Below the pieces are notes generated by a model. It worked only from the letters and a program-made list of their open reading frames with translations. It was not told where the DNA came from and made no database searches. Source: Phyllobates terribilis (Eukaryota). From it: 64,000 nucleotides of DNA. The DNA lies in contig NW_027362769.1 of the NCBI RefSeq assembly GCF_046119375.1, forward strand, positions 361,274,001-361,338,000, read 5' to 3'. Below, in pieces: positions 37,524-49,697 of this stretch. The position numbers and the translations under genes were made by a program. Each line of letters starts with the position of its first letter. Position 1 is the first letter of the stretch.

Positions 37524-39830
37524 AATCAGTAGAACGTTGTTAAAATTTGCCGCCCATCTCGGCCACCGCGACCAATCAGCAGAGCGGCGTTTAAATTTGC
37601 CGCCCATCTCGCTGATTGGTCGCGGTGGCTGGCCGCGACCAATCAGCGTCGTATTAGTGTGGGCCCGGGAGCGGCGCTGCTTGTGCGGCTCCGTATTAGC
37701 GAGGACCGGGGAGCGGCGCTGCCTGTGCGGCTCCTTCTGCTGCGGGAAGGCGGGAGAAGAGGGCTGCTCGCAGCAGAAACATCCCGACCGGCTGCGCCAC
37801 TCCCCGGTCCTCCGTTCACACTTGCTGGCCGCGGCCAATCAGCGGCATGGGATTTCTGAAAAAAGATGGCGGCCATTAGCGGCTCATCTGCGGGACGGAG
37901 CTCAGCGGCGATGCAGCCGGGAGATGAGCGGCGCGAGGCGCTCATCTCCCGGCCGGTAGCAGCGGAAGGACCGCCGGCGTCGCTGACCTCCATGCGGAAG
38001 GGAGGACCGGGGAGCGGCGCTCCGGGTCGGGATACTTCTGCTGCGAGCGCCCGCTCATGTCCCGGGTTCTCGCAGCCGAAGTAGCCGCACAGGCAGCCGC
38101 TCCCCGGTCCTCACCAAGACGATTCGATGATTGGTCGCGGTCTTCGGACCCGACCAATCACTGATCTTGGCTCCAGATTTAAACAGCGCTGTGCTGATTG
38201 ATCGCGGCCGATATTTAAATTTGGCGCCCAAATCGGTGATTGGTCTCGGGCAGCGCAAAAGTTAAATACCGCTGTGCTGATTGGTCGCGGACGCTGCCCG
38301 CGACCAATCACCGATTTGGGCGCCACATTTAAATATCGGCCGCGACCAATTGGATGTCAGCGCCGCTCCTCGGTCCTCCCTTCACACCCTAGCCGCATGG
38401 ATGTCAGTGGCGCTGCCTGTGCGGATACTTCTGCTGCGAGCTGGGACATGAGCGGGCGCTCGCAGCAGAAGTATCCCGACCCGCAGCGCCGCTCCCCGGT
38501 CCTCCCTTCACACCCTAGCCGCTGATGTCCCCACAGTATCTGCTTGGTGTTACTAAGGTCCGGACATTTGTGTTAAAAATCGCTGATTGGTCGCTGGCGC
38601 TGCCCGAGACCAATCACCGATTTGGGCGCCAAATTTAAATATCGGCCGCGATCAATCAGCACAGCGCTGTTTAAATCTGGAGCCAAGATCGGTGATTGGT
38701 CGCGGCAGATATTTAAATTTGGCGCCCAAATCGGTGATTGGTCGCGGGCAGCGCCAGCGACCAATCAGTGATTTTTAACACAAATGTCCGGACCTTTGTA
38801 GCACCATGCGGATACTGTGGGGACATCAGCGGCTAGGGTGTGAAGGGAGGACCGGAGAGCGGCGCTGCCTGTGCGGATACTTCTGCTGCGAGAACCAGGG
38901 ACTTGAGCGGGCGCTCGCAGGAGAAGTATCCCGACCCGCAGCACCGCTCCCCGGTCCTCCCTTCACACCCTAGCCGCTGATGTCCCCACAGTATCCGCAT
39001 GGTGTTACAAAGGTCCGGACATTTGTGTTAAAAATCGCTGATTGGTCGCTGGCGCTGCCCTCGACCAATCACCGATCTTGGCTCCACATTTCAACACCGC
39101 TGTACTGATTGGTCGCGGACGCTATTTAAATGTGGCGCCAAAATCGGTGATTGGTGGCGCCCAGCGTCGGCGACAAATCAGCACAGCGGTGTTTAAATGT
39201 GGAGCCAAGATCCGTGATTGGTCGCGGCCGATATTTAAATGTGGCGCCCAAATCGGTGATTGGTCGCGGGCAGCGCCCGCGACCAATCAGCGATTTTTAA
39301 CACAAATGTCCAGACCTTTGTAACACCATGCGGATACTGTGGGGACATCAGCGGCTCGGGTGTAAAGGGAGGACCGGGGAGCGGCGTTGCGGGTCCGGAT
39401 ACTTCTGCTGCGAGCTCCCGGTCATGTCCCGGCTTCTCGGAGCGGAAGTATCCGCACAGGCAGCGGCGCTGACATCCATGCGGAAGGGAGGACCGGAGAG
39501 CGGCGCTAACATCCATGCGGCTAGCGTGTGTAGGGAGGACCGGGGAGCGGCGCTGCGGGTCAGGATACTTCTGCTGCGAGCGCCCGCTCATGTCCCGGCT
39601 TCTCGGAGCGGAAGTAGCCGCACAGGCAGCCGCTCCCCGGTCCTCACCAATACGATACACTGATTGGTCGCGCCCTCCTGACGCGACCAATAAGAGATTT
39701 GAACGCTGAATTCAAACACACTGTCCGCTGCTTAGGAACACGGCGCGCGACATTTAAAACCTGCTTCCATGATTGGTCGCGGACGCTGCCAGCGACCAAT
39801 CACAGATTTCCGCGCCAAATTTAAACACGC
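37524..39830. repeat. GC-rich array of direct and inverted repeats in the Helitron 5' region
   Basis: Recurrent GATTGGTCGCGG / CCGCGACCAATC, TTTAAATTTGGCGCC and GAGGACCGGGGAGCGGCGCTGC units in both orientations. Confidence 0.9.
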
Positions 39831-40096
39831 TCTCCGGCCAATTACCGCAACATTTCAAATATCTACGCCACCTTCGGGAGATAGCACGGCTAACTCCGCC
39901 CATGTGGTCATGTGACTCACAAAATGCTCATAACGTACTGAGCAGGTTTTCTCTGTCACACTGTGCGAGGGACTTCTGTCACACTGTGCGAGGGACTTCT
40001 GTCACACTGTGCGAGGGATTTCTCTCAGGTTTACTGAACACGTTCTGCCAGTGACAGCGCGCTTAAGAGATACTTCTTTACGCTTCCTGTTTTATA

Positions 40097-43000
40097 ATGG
40101 GTCATAAGCGAAAATACGCCACGGAGGAAGACCGAAAAGCAGCAGAAGCAGCAAGAAAACGACAACGTCGAGAGCAACAGGCACCACAACATACTGCCGC
40201 CAGACAAGCCCAGAATGCGGAAGCTCACAAAAACCGCCGGTAACTGGAGACACCGCAACACACTGCCGCCAGACAAGCCCACGATGCAGAATCTCAACAA
40301 AAACGCCGGGAACAGGAGACCCCGCAACACACTGCCGTCAGACAAGCCAAGGATGCAGAATATCGCAAGAAACAACGGGCGCAGGACACACCACAACACA
40401 CTGCCGCCAGACAATCCCAGGATGCGGAATCTCACCAAAAACGCCGGGAACAGGAAACACCACAACACACTACCAGCAGACGAGCCCAGGATGCGGAAGC
40501 TCACAGAAAAATTCGGAAGCAGGAGACAACACCACACACTGCCGCCAGACAAGCACAGGATGCGGAATCTCACAGACAACATCGGAAACAGGAGACACTA
40601 CAAGACACTGCCGCCAGACAAACACAGGATGCGGAATCTCACAGACAACGTCGGGAACGTGAAACACCGCAACACACTGCGGCTAGACACGAACACGATG
40701 CAGAATCCCATAGACAATGTCGTCTGAATGAATCTCCAGAATCCAGGACAAACCGAGAATAACACGATCGACAAATTTATCAAAAAAGAATGCTCTACCA
40801 ACTAAGGCAAACCCAGCAGAACATTCAACTTACACGTTACGTAACAGACAATGAAACTATCATTATTCAACACTACTGTGGGAAGATGAATGTAGTTTGT
40901 TCAAAATGTGAATCTATGAATTTTATCGAGGAAAAACCATCTGACAATCAGTTTACTCAATGCTGCCAAAAAGGAACAGTGATGCTACCAAGATGTCACT
41001 ACTCAGATGTGTTTGAGCAGTTGATGAAAGGAACGCATGAACACAGTAGAAATTTTATGGAAAATATCAGAAGTATCAACAGTTCTCATGCGTTTGCTTC
41101 ATTTGGTGCCAACATTGCACCGCCCCCTGGATTCGGACCGTATTGTTTTAAAATTCATGGCCAGATCTACCACCGTACTGGAACACTTCACCCAGAACTA
41201 GGACAACCACCAACATTTGCACAATTATACATCTTTGATCCAAATGAGGCTACAGAACAAAGGATGAGCCGAAAAGAAAATGAAAAGTGTAATGGAGAAC
41301 TGATGAACCTAATTGCCGTACATTTACAAACAATCAGCCCATTTGCTGCCGCATATCGCATGCTAAAAGACGTTGAAGCTGAGGAGGAACAGAGAGCTAT
41401 GCAAAATGGGACGGAAATGCCTTCTATTATCATGGCCATTAAACAAGAACGTTAACAAGATCCCCGATGTTACAACAAACCACGTGTAAGTTAGGTCGCA
41501 GTTGTTTTTCAAAACGAAGATGGAGAGCCTCCTTTTCAAAGAGATATATTAGTCCATCTTAAGCCAGACAAAAACAACCCTTTCATTCCTAAAACACAAC
41601 GGATTAGCATTTTGCACAGCAACCTTGATGCTCTTCTGTATCCGCTATTCTTTCCAAGCGGTGATCAAGGGTGGCATGAAAACCTACACCAGCAAGGAAC
41701 TTCAAGAAGAATTACACAACTACAGTACTACAGTTTTCTTTTGTCTGTGCGAAATTACTTCAATCCTATTTTAAACGGTGGGAAACTGACACAACAGTAC
41801 TTAGTAGACGCATACGTTAAAATTGAAGCAAATCGGCTCAATTTCATACGAAGGAATCAAAAACAACTTAAAGTTGAAGACTACTGCGTTCTTCAAGAAC
41901 ATTTGCAAAAACAATCCATTCAAAAAGGAATTCCAATTGGAAAAACAGTAATTCTCCCGTCGTCCTTTGAAGGTAGCCCCCGCAACATGCAACAGCGTTA
42001 TCAAGATGCAATGGCAATAGTAACAAAGTATGGAAGACCTGACATTTTTTTAACCATGACCTGTAATCCTAAATGGCGGAAATTACAGAAAATCTACAAC
42101 CCTGGCAGCAAGTTGAACACAGGCCGGACTTGGTTGCTCGCGTATTTCGACTAAAACTCAGCAGCCTTTTTGAAGACATCAAAAAAGGCCTTTTTGGAAC
42201 AGTCGTAGCAATGGTACATGTCATAGAGTTTCAGAAACGAGGTCTCCCACATGCGCATATACTAATTATTTTAGACGCGGATTCCAAGTTTCGCACGGAG
42301 GATGAAATTGACAACATAGTGTGGGCTGAAATTCCTAACCAAGAAAAGTATCCTGAACTGTATAATATTGTAATCTGTAATATGGTTCATGGCCCATGCG
42401 GTGTAGCAAATCCAAAAAGTCCATGCATGGAAAACGGAAAGTGTACAAAAGGGTTTCCAAAGCAGTTGAAACAGCACACTGTTAAAGATTTGGATGGCTA
42501 CCCATCCTACCGGAGACAACTGATTGATAACATTGTACACAACAAAAAGATTATAAATAACTCATGGATAGTTCCATACAACCCGTACTTATTAAAACGC
42601 TACAACTTTCACATAAACGTTGAAATCTGCGCTTCAATAAAAAGTGTTAAATATCTTTTCAAGTACATCTACAAGGGGCATGACAAAGCTAACGTCGAAA
42701 TCCAACAAAAAACAGTCAATCACGATGAATCATCACGGTTTGTTGACTCAAGGTATGTCAGTGCTCCAGAAGCTGCTTGGAGAATATTTGCATTTCCAAT
42801 GCATTCACAGTCCCATGCCATTATACGTTTAGCTATTCATTTACCAAATCAACAGCAGCTTTATTTCTTTGAAAATGCTCAAGTCGAAGATGTCTCCAAA
42901 ACTTTAAGCACAACGTCAACATTAATGGAATGGTTTTTGCTGAACCAACGTGACGAAAACGCAAGGCAGTATTTGTATCGAGAGATTCCAGAGCATTACA

Positions 43001-44997
43001 TTTGGAATAAAACTTGGAAGCCAAGACAACAAGGACTTAGCAGAATAATTGGACGCATGTATACTGTTAGTGTCAAGGATCAAGAAAGATATTGCCTTCG
43101 GCTGTTACTACTGCTTGTCAAAGGAGCTAGAAGTTACGAAGATTTGAAAACAGTTAATGGAGTATTGCACGATACATTTAAAGCTGCAGCTTTGGCTTTA
43201 GGACTTCTATTGGATGATACTATGTGGACATTTACTTTAGAAGACGCAGTTACTCTACATATGCCTAAGAAACTTTGTGAATTGTTTGCCTACATTTGTG
43301 TCTTTGGACCGCCTACAAATCCGGCTCAACTTTGGACAAATTTCAAAGAACATATAATTGAAGATTACTGCTTACGTCTTCACAACAAAAGTGGAAATTG
43401 TCACAATTGCGAATCTTATGCCATGCAAGATGTCCAAAATATCCTACTACTGCATGGAAAAACGTTTTCAGACTTTAATTTGCCACAGCCTGCAAGTCAA
43501 GTTGCACAAATTCAAGAGTATGACGAAGCTTATGAATTATTGTTGGCAACAGAGAAGAAAAACTCCTTAAATCAAGAACAACGGATTGCATATGACACTA
43601 TTGTGAGCACTGTAGAAAACCAAGCCGATCCAACGCCAAAATGTTTCTTTATTGACGGTCCTGGAGGCAGCGGTAAAACATACCTCTATGAAGTTTTAAT
43701 GCATCACGTTAGAGGATTAGGAAAAGTCGTATTGCCATCGGCTACAACAGGTATTGCAGCAAACCTTTTACGAGGAGGTCGCACTATGCATTCACTCTTT
43801 GGGATACCAGTTCCGGTCAATGAAATCTCTGTTTCCAGAATCAAACAAGACACATTTGCAGGAAAACAGTTGAACAGTTCAAATCTTTTGATACTTGATG
43901 AATGCACCATGGCGCCCAAATATGCTTTGAGCTTAATTGACAGACTTCTGCGTGAAGTTATGACTACAAATATTGCTGAAAAAAATGAAATTCCTTTTGG
44001 AGGTAAAGTTTTTGTCCTTGGCGGAGATTTTAGGCGATGCCTTCCAGTTGAACCGAATGGAACAAGAACAAATATTATCGAGTCAACCTTAAAAATGTCA
44101 GACCTTTGGAAAGAGTTTAATAAACTACAACTAATTAACAACATGCGATCTTCTGACCCAGAGTACAGCAACTGGCTTCTTAAACTTGGTAATGGTGAAC
44201 TGAGCAATGAATATAACCTTGGAGAAGACATTATTGAAATACCAGAAGACATGGTGTGCACTGACTGCATCGCAAGTGATGTTTTTGGACAACGCGTTGA
44301 AATAGATGTAAACGACCAAAGCAGTGTTGAGAGGGCCTCTTCCTATGCAATTCTCTGTCCCAAGAACGATGACGTAGCTCTGCTAAATTCCCGTGTGATG
44401 GATAGAATGCCTGGAGAGTATAAATTATGCAAAAGTGATGATTCGGTGGATGTCGACAATGAAGATGAACGAGAGCATTATCCAGTTGAATTTTTAAATA
44501 GTGTTACGCCATCAGGAATGCCATCCCACAGACTACAACTTAAAGTTAGAGCAATCGTAATGTTGCTTCGGAATCTAAATACAAGAAATGGTCTATGTAA
44601 TTGAACTCGCCTTATTGTTACTGGACTCCATTCCCACATAATTCAAGCAACAGTGATCACTGGATCTGCAAAAGGAGAGGAAGTGTTCATTCCACGCATT
44701 GATTTATGTGCTTCAGACACCGGTCTTCCATTTAGGCTTCGACGTCGACAGTTTCCAGTAAAACCAGCATTTGCCATGACAATAAACAAGTCACAAGGTC
44801 AAACTCTACAACGTGTTGGCATATATTTACCGGAGCCCGTTTTTGGACATGGACAACTCTATGTTGCATTTTCAAGAGTTAAAATGAGATCCAATGTCAA
44901 GGTGCAAGTTTTGGATACCCATTTACAAGGAAAGTTGCTTCCAGATAGTCCAAAAGTATTCACCAAAAATGTCGTGTACAAAAATATTTTTGGTTGA
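40097..44997 (+). pseudogene. Helitron Rep/helicase (HUH endonuclease + Pif1-type SF1 helicase), inactivated
   Basis: HUH motif EFQKRGLPHAHIL, YLFKYIYKG, Walker A GPGGSGKT, Walker B ILDE, FAMTINKSQGQT, GQLYVAFSRV. In-frame stops at 40241, 40760, 41453, 41492 and 44602; frameshift near 42075. Confidence 0.95.
40178..40729 (+). repeat. Eight 69-bp (23-aa) coding tandem repeats, STPR-like
   Basis: Units at 40178, 40247, 40316 ... 40661; consensus ETPQHTAARQAQDAESHRKRREQ in the RepHel frame. Confidence 0.9.
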
Positions 44998-45956
44998 TAT
45001 TGTTAATAAATAAATTCTAGGGTCGTACTTCTTTTGTCCGATTTATTGTAAAATATTGTTACATATTCATGGAATAGTTTATATATTTTGATCATCTGTT
45101 TAATAATTTTGTTCAGTTGTATTAAGTTCTATAACCAATAATAGTTAATAAAGTATTATTTTGTGTATTCATTGTATTATTGTTAAATCTTCATGGCGAC
45201 ATCTGCGGCATCTGCTACTAAAGTGAATGCAGATTTGTGCCTATCCACGCACTTAGTCCCGGCGTGGAAAGCAGCGAATCTACAGACAGCAGCTTATCAC
45301 AGCAGTATCTGAGAGCGTGTGCTGTGCCTCACATCCTGAGAGGAGCTGCTGAAAACAGGACACACAGCGCTGGAGCAGAGAAAAGGAAACAAGGTGAGGA
45401 TTAGGGTTTAGTTTTTGAACTGTGCTGTAGAGATGGGGGAATGAGTAGGTCATACAAAACCAGGATAAGGGGGCCATACAAGCTAAGATGAGGAAGGCGT
45501 ACAATCCAAAATAAGTCAGCCATACAAACCAGGATTAGAGGAATGACGCAGCCATACAAACCACATTGACAGACCGCGCTGTGGATGCTGGATGTGACAC
45601 GACAAGGGATAACCCCACCCAGAGCCCGTCATTCACTGTGGTGCGCGGAACAGCAGACCCCTGGCTGCAGCCGCAAATAGTCGTGATGTACACGGAAGCA
45701 AGATCCGGCTGCAGGCGGGACAATTACGTGCTGGCTGTGCGTAGTCAGCGATGTTGTCACAAGCAGGATTGACAACATGACGTAATGACAAAATTCATTA
45801 GGGGCACCGAGGGGATACATTGTGAAGTTAATTAAAAGTAGTGCACAACCCATTTAAACACTGCTTCGCTGCTTAGTGGCGCCCGGTCAGCCGCATGCAT
45901 ATTCTAGATTACCCGATGCATTAGAATCGGGCCACCATCTAGTGTATATATATGTA

Positions 45957-46035
<79 letters not shown>

Positions 46036-46505
46036 CCAACCCTGTATTTGAGGTTATAGTGACATAGGATGAATGGGAGACCTTAAGCCTCGCTGATCAA
46101 AACAGTAAAAACTAGTCATTGCTCCTAGCAACCAATCACAGTGCTTCTTTATTTTTTCCAGAGCAGTTTAAAAAATGAAAGCTGAACTTTAATTGGTTGC
46201 TATTGGCAACACAGTTTTAATTCATGAGGGCCATTGGGTTCAGATTTTGGGCCAATTAATATGCTTATTTACTGACGACAAGTTTTCTAGAAATATGGCA
46301 GAAGTGAAGCAATGGCACCAGTGACCGCTCAGCTCCCTGGGTTCAGTTCTTAAGGGACTTGCAGTTCAGTGCTGCTTCCTGAATTTTCTGGGAATTACCT
46401 ATAGGGACTTCGTAAGAAATTACATATACTATAATGATATAATATAAATGAGGGTAAATGTTATCATTTATTTGTATTATCCTTGGTTCTCTCTGTGGGT
46501 TTCAG

Positions 46506-46621
46506 GCCCTTGTGTTTATACAGCTGTATTACGACATGGAGGTGTTAAACCTAGACACATGGAAGCAGCTCGGGCAGCATGTATGTGCTGTGACGAAGAG
46601 TGTGGCTCAGCGCCCATTTCG
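46506..46621 (+). CDS. EME2: EME2 coding exon 6
   Basis: ALVFIQLYYDMEVLNLDTWKQLGQHVCAVTKSVAQRPF; CAG / GTGAGT. Confidence 0.93.
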
Positions 46622-46658
46622 GTGAGTATTAAGGTGTCACTAGGCACAATAATATGTA

Positions 46659-46992
46659 TAGTTGTGCTCAAAAGTTGACATACCCTGGCAGAATTTTTCC
46701 TTTCTTGGCCTTGTTTCAGAGAATATGAATGATAACCAAAAAACATTTTCTCCACTCATGGTTATTGGTTGGGTGAAGCCATTTATTGTCAAACTACTGT
46801 GTTTTCTCTTTTTAAATCTTAATGATAACCAAAAACATCCAAATGACCCTGATCAAAAGTTCACATACCCCAGTTCTTAATACCGTGTATTGCCCCCTCT
46901 AACATCAATGACAGCTTGAAGTCTTTTGTGGTAGTTGTGAATGAGGTTCTTTAATTTCTCAGATAGTAAAGCTGCCCATTTGAGCACAACTG
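46659..46992. mobile_element. Internally deleted Tc1-like element
   Basis: Ends TAGTTGTGCTCAAAAGTTGACATACC and TTTGAGCACAACTG|TA; internal direct repeat CAAAAGTTCACATACC. Confidence 0.7.
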
Positions 46993-48110
46993 TACATTTG
47001 GTGTGGATTTGCTGTGCATAATGCAGTGGATCTCCCTAAATACATTAAAGGGGAAAAATCTGCAGCATTTCTGCATCCTGCTCATTATTCTGTACATCTG
47101 GATGACATTTTTGAAACCTGATCCTTATTGTATTGCTATGAAATTGCCATAAAGAATCTGCCACCTTCTGAACTTCCCATATGCCGTATTGTGTTGTGGT
47201 CAAAATATGAGCCACAGTGCAAGGACTGGTCCAGGTCTCCTGACCCAAACTTGACAGCCTTATATATGCCTATATAGATACCAGTATATCACGGATGTGT
47301 GAACGCAGCCTAAGGGCTTGTTCACACATTGCATTTTTTTCCGCATGTTTTTACTGTTGCGGCAAAGTGAATTAGATTTCTGACATCTCTTTCTGCTTTA
47401 TTTTTTTCCTTGTAGATTTGAAGAAGTTTTAAATCCACAGCATGTTACTTCTTTTAGCGTTTTTAAAGCTTTTTTTCACACATACAAATGAATGGGGAAA
47501 AAAAATGTGTCAAGAACATACGCAATAACGTGCATATTTTACACAGCATTTTTCCTGCCAACGCTCCAATATTTGCATCAGAAAAAAATGCTGCAAATAA
47601 TGAACGTGGTGTGCTCATACCCTTAGGTTGCTTTCAAATGACAATAATGCTCTATCAGTCGCAAAGAGATTAAATGGAGCTACACGCACACACTACCTGC
47701 GTTCACACCGAGGCCTCAGTAATTACTGACGTCCAAGCAATTGAACCCACTGCAGTTACAAACCCATTACCTATCGTGTTGGACACCTCCTTTTAGATGA
47801 AATCATCCTGGCTGCCTGTGAGCACCACTAGAGGGGGCTCACTGCATACTTTCCCGTATTAGTGGCTGCAGAAAAACAGAATTTTATCATTCTTATCTAC
47901 ATAGATGTTCTGTAACAAGAAAATTAAGCTTATCCCTCACAGTATAATTAGAAATGAATTTGCATAGAACTTTAAACCTGCCTTACTCCCTTGTGATTCA
48001 TGATGTATTTGTGTCCATCATATAGAGGGTTGGGGTATGTAGAGCGGGTTTAAGCACTCCCATAATCACACCTCAATTATAATGGGCAAAGGTTATATAT
48101 ATTTATATTG

Positions 48111-49688
48111 CACTGCTCAAAAAAATAAAGGGAACACTTAAACTACAGAATATAACTCCAAGTAAATCAAACTTCTGTGAAATCAAACTGTCCACTTAGG
48201 AAGCAACACTGATTGACAATCAATTTCACATGCTGTTGTGCAAATGGAATAGACAATAGATGGAAATTATTGGCACTTATCAAGACACCCTCAATAAAGG
48301 AGTGGTTCTGCAGGTGGGGACCACCGACCACATCTCAGTACCAATGCTTTCTGGCTGATGTTTTGGTCACTTTTGAATGTTGGTTGTGCTTTCACACTCG
48401 TGGTAGCATGAGATGGACTCTACAACCCACAGAAGTTGCTCAGGTAGTGCAGCTCATCCAGGATGGCACATCAATGCGAGCTGTGGCAAGAAGGTTTGCT
48501 ATTTCTGTCAGCGTAGAGTCCAGAGGCTGGAGGCGCTACCAGGAGACAGACCAGTACAGCAGGAGAAATGGAGGGGGCTGTAGGAGGGCAACAACCCAGC
48601 AGCAGGACCTCTACCTCCGCCTTTGTGCAAGGAGGAACAGGAGGAGCACTGCCAGAGCCCTGCAAAATGACCTCCAGCAGGTCACAAATGTGCATGTGTC
48701 TGCATAAACGGTTAGAAACCGACTCCATGAGGGTGGTATGAGGGCCCGACGTCCACAGATGGGGGTTGTGCTCACAGCCCAACGCCGTGCAGGACGCTTG
48801 GCATTTGCCACAGAACACCAGGATTGACAAAGTCACCACTGGCGCCCTGTGCTCTTCACAGATGAAAGCAGGTTCACACTGAGCACATGTGACAGACGTG
48901 ACAGAGTCTGGAGACGCTGTGGAGAGCGATCTGCTGCCTGCAACATCCTTCAGCATGACCAGTTTAGCAGTGGGTCAGTAATGGTGTGGGGTGGCATTTC
49001 TTTGGAGGGCCGCACAGCCCTCAATGTGCTCGCCAGAGGTAGCCTGACTGCCATTAGGTACTGAGATGAGATCCTCAGACCCCTTGTGAGACCATATGCT
49101 GGTGCGGTTGGCCCTGGGTTCAGTGCCAGACCTCATGTGTCTGGAGTGTGTCAGCAGTTCCTGCAAGATGAAGGCATTGAAGCTATGGACTGGCCCGTCC
49201 GTTCCCCAGACCTGAATCCGATTGAGCACATCTGGGACATCATGTCTCGCTCCATCCACCAACGTCACGTTGCACCACAGACTGTCCAGGAGTTGGCGGA
49301 TGCTTTAGCCCAGGTCTGGGAGGAGATCCCACAGGAGACCATCCACAACCTCATCCACAACCATCAGGAGCATGCCCAGGCGTTGTAGGGAGGTCATACA
49401 GGCACGTGGAGGCCACACACAATACTGAGCCTCATTTTGACTTTTTTTTTAAGGACATTACATCAAAGTTGGATCAGCCTGTAGTGTGTTTTTCCACTTT
49501 AATTTTGGGGGTGACTCCAAATCCAGGCCTCCATTGGTTAATAAATTTGATCTCCATTGATGATTTTTGTGTGATTTTGTTGTCAGCACATTCAACTTTG
49601 TACAGAATAAAGTATTCAGTGAAAATATTGCATTCATTCAGATCGAGGATGTGTTATTTGAGTGCTCCCTCTATTTTTGTGAGCAGTG
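48111..49688 (+). mobile_element. Near full-length Tc1 transposon, transposase disrupted
   Basis: TIRs CACTGCTCAAAAAAATAAAGGGAACAC / GTGCTCCCTCTATTTTTGTGAGCAGTG|TA; LFTDESRF and SPDLNPIEHIWD motifs; stops and a deletion. Confidence 0.92.
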
Positions 49689-49697
49689 TATATATAT

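Larger units (their letters stand above)
37460..45942 (+). mobile_element. Helitron (RepHel) element, 8483 bp, bounded by 64-bp terminal inverted repeats
   Basis: A|CTAG...CTAG|T; TIRs 37460-37523 and 45879-45942 (59/64 identical); RepHel coding region inside; sits in EME2 intron 5. Confidence 0.88.

Noticed and set aside
37189-37959. Long ORFs with IYIYIY tracts (also 29479-29688 and 45876-46067) and Arg/Ser-rich ORFs in 37600-39700
   Set aside because: Translations of (TA)n microsatellites and stop-poor GC repeats.
40097-44997. Active, intact Helitron transposase suggested by the 843-aa ORF
   Set aside because: Five in-frame stops and one frameshift across the full RepHel frame; the 843-aa ORF is only a fragment.
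44997-45878. Helentron (endonuclease-containing) classification or a captured host gene
   Set aside because: No APE endonuclease motifs after the helicase and no recognisable exon or ORF; only short repeats (CATACAAACC x3).
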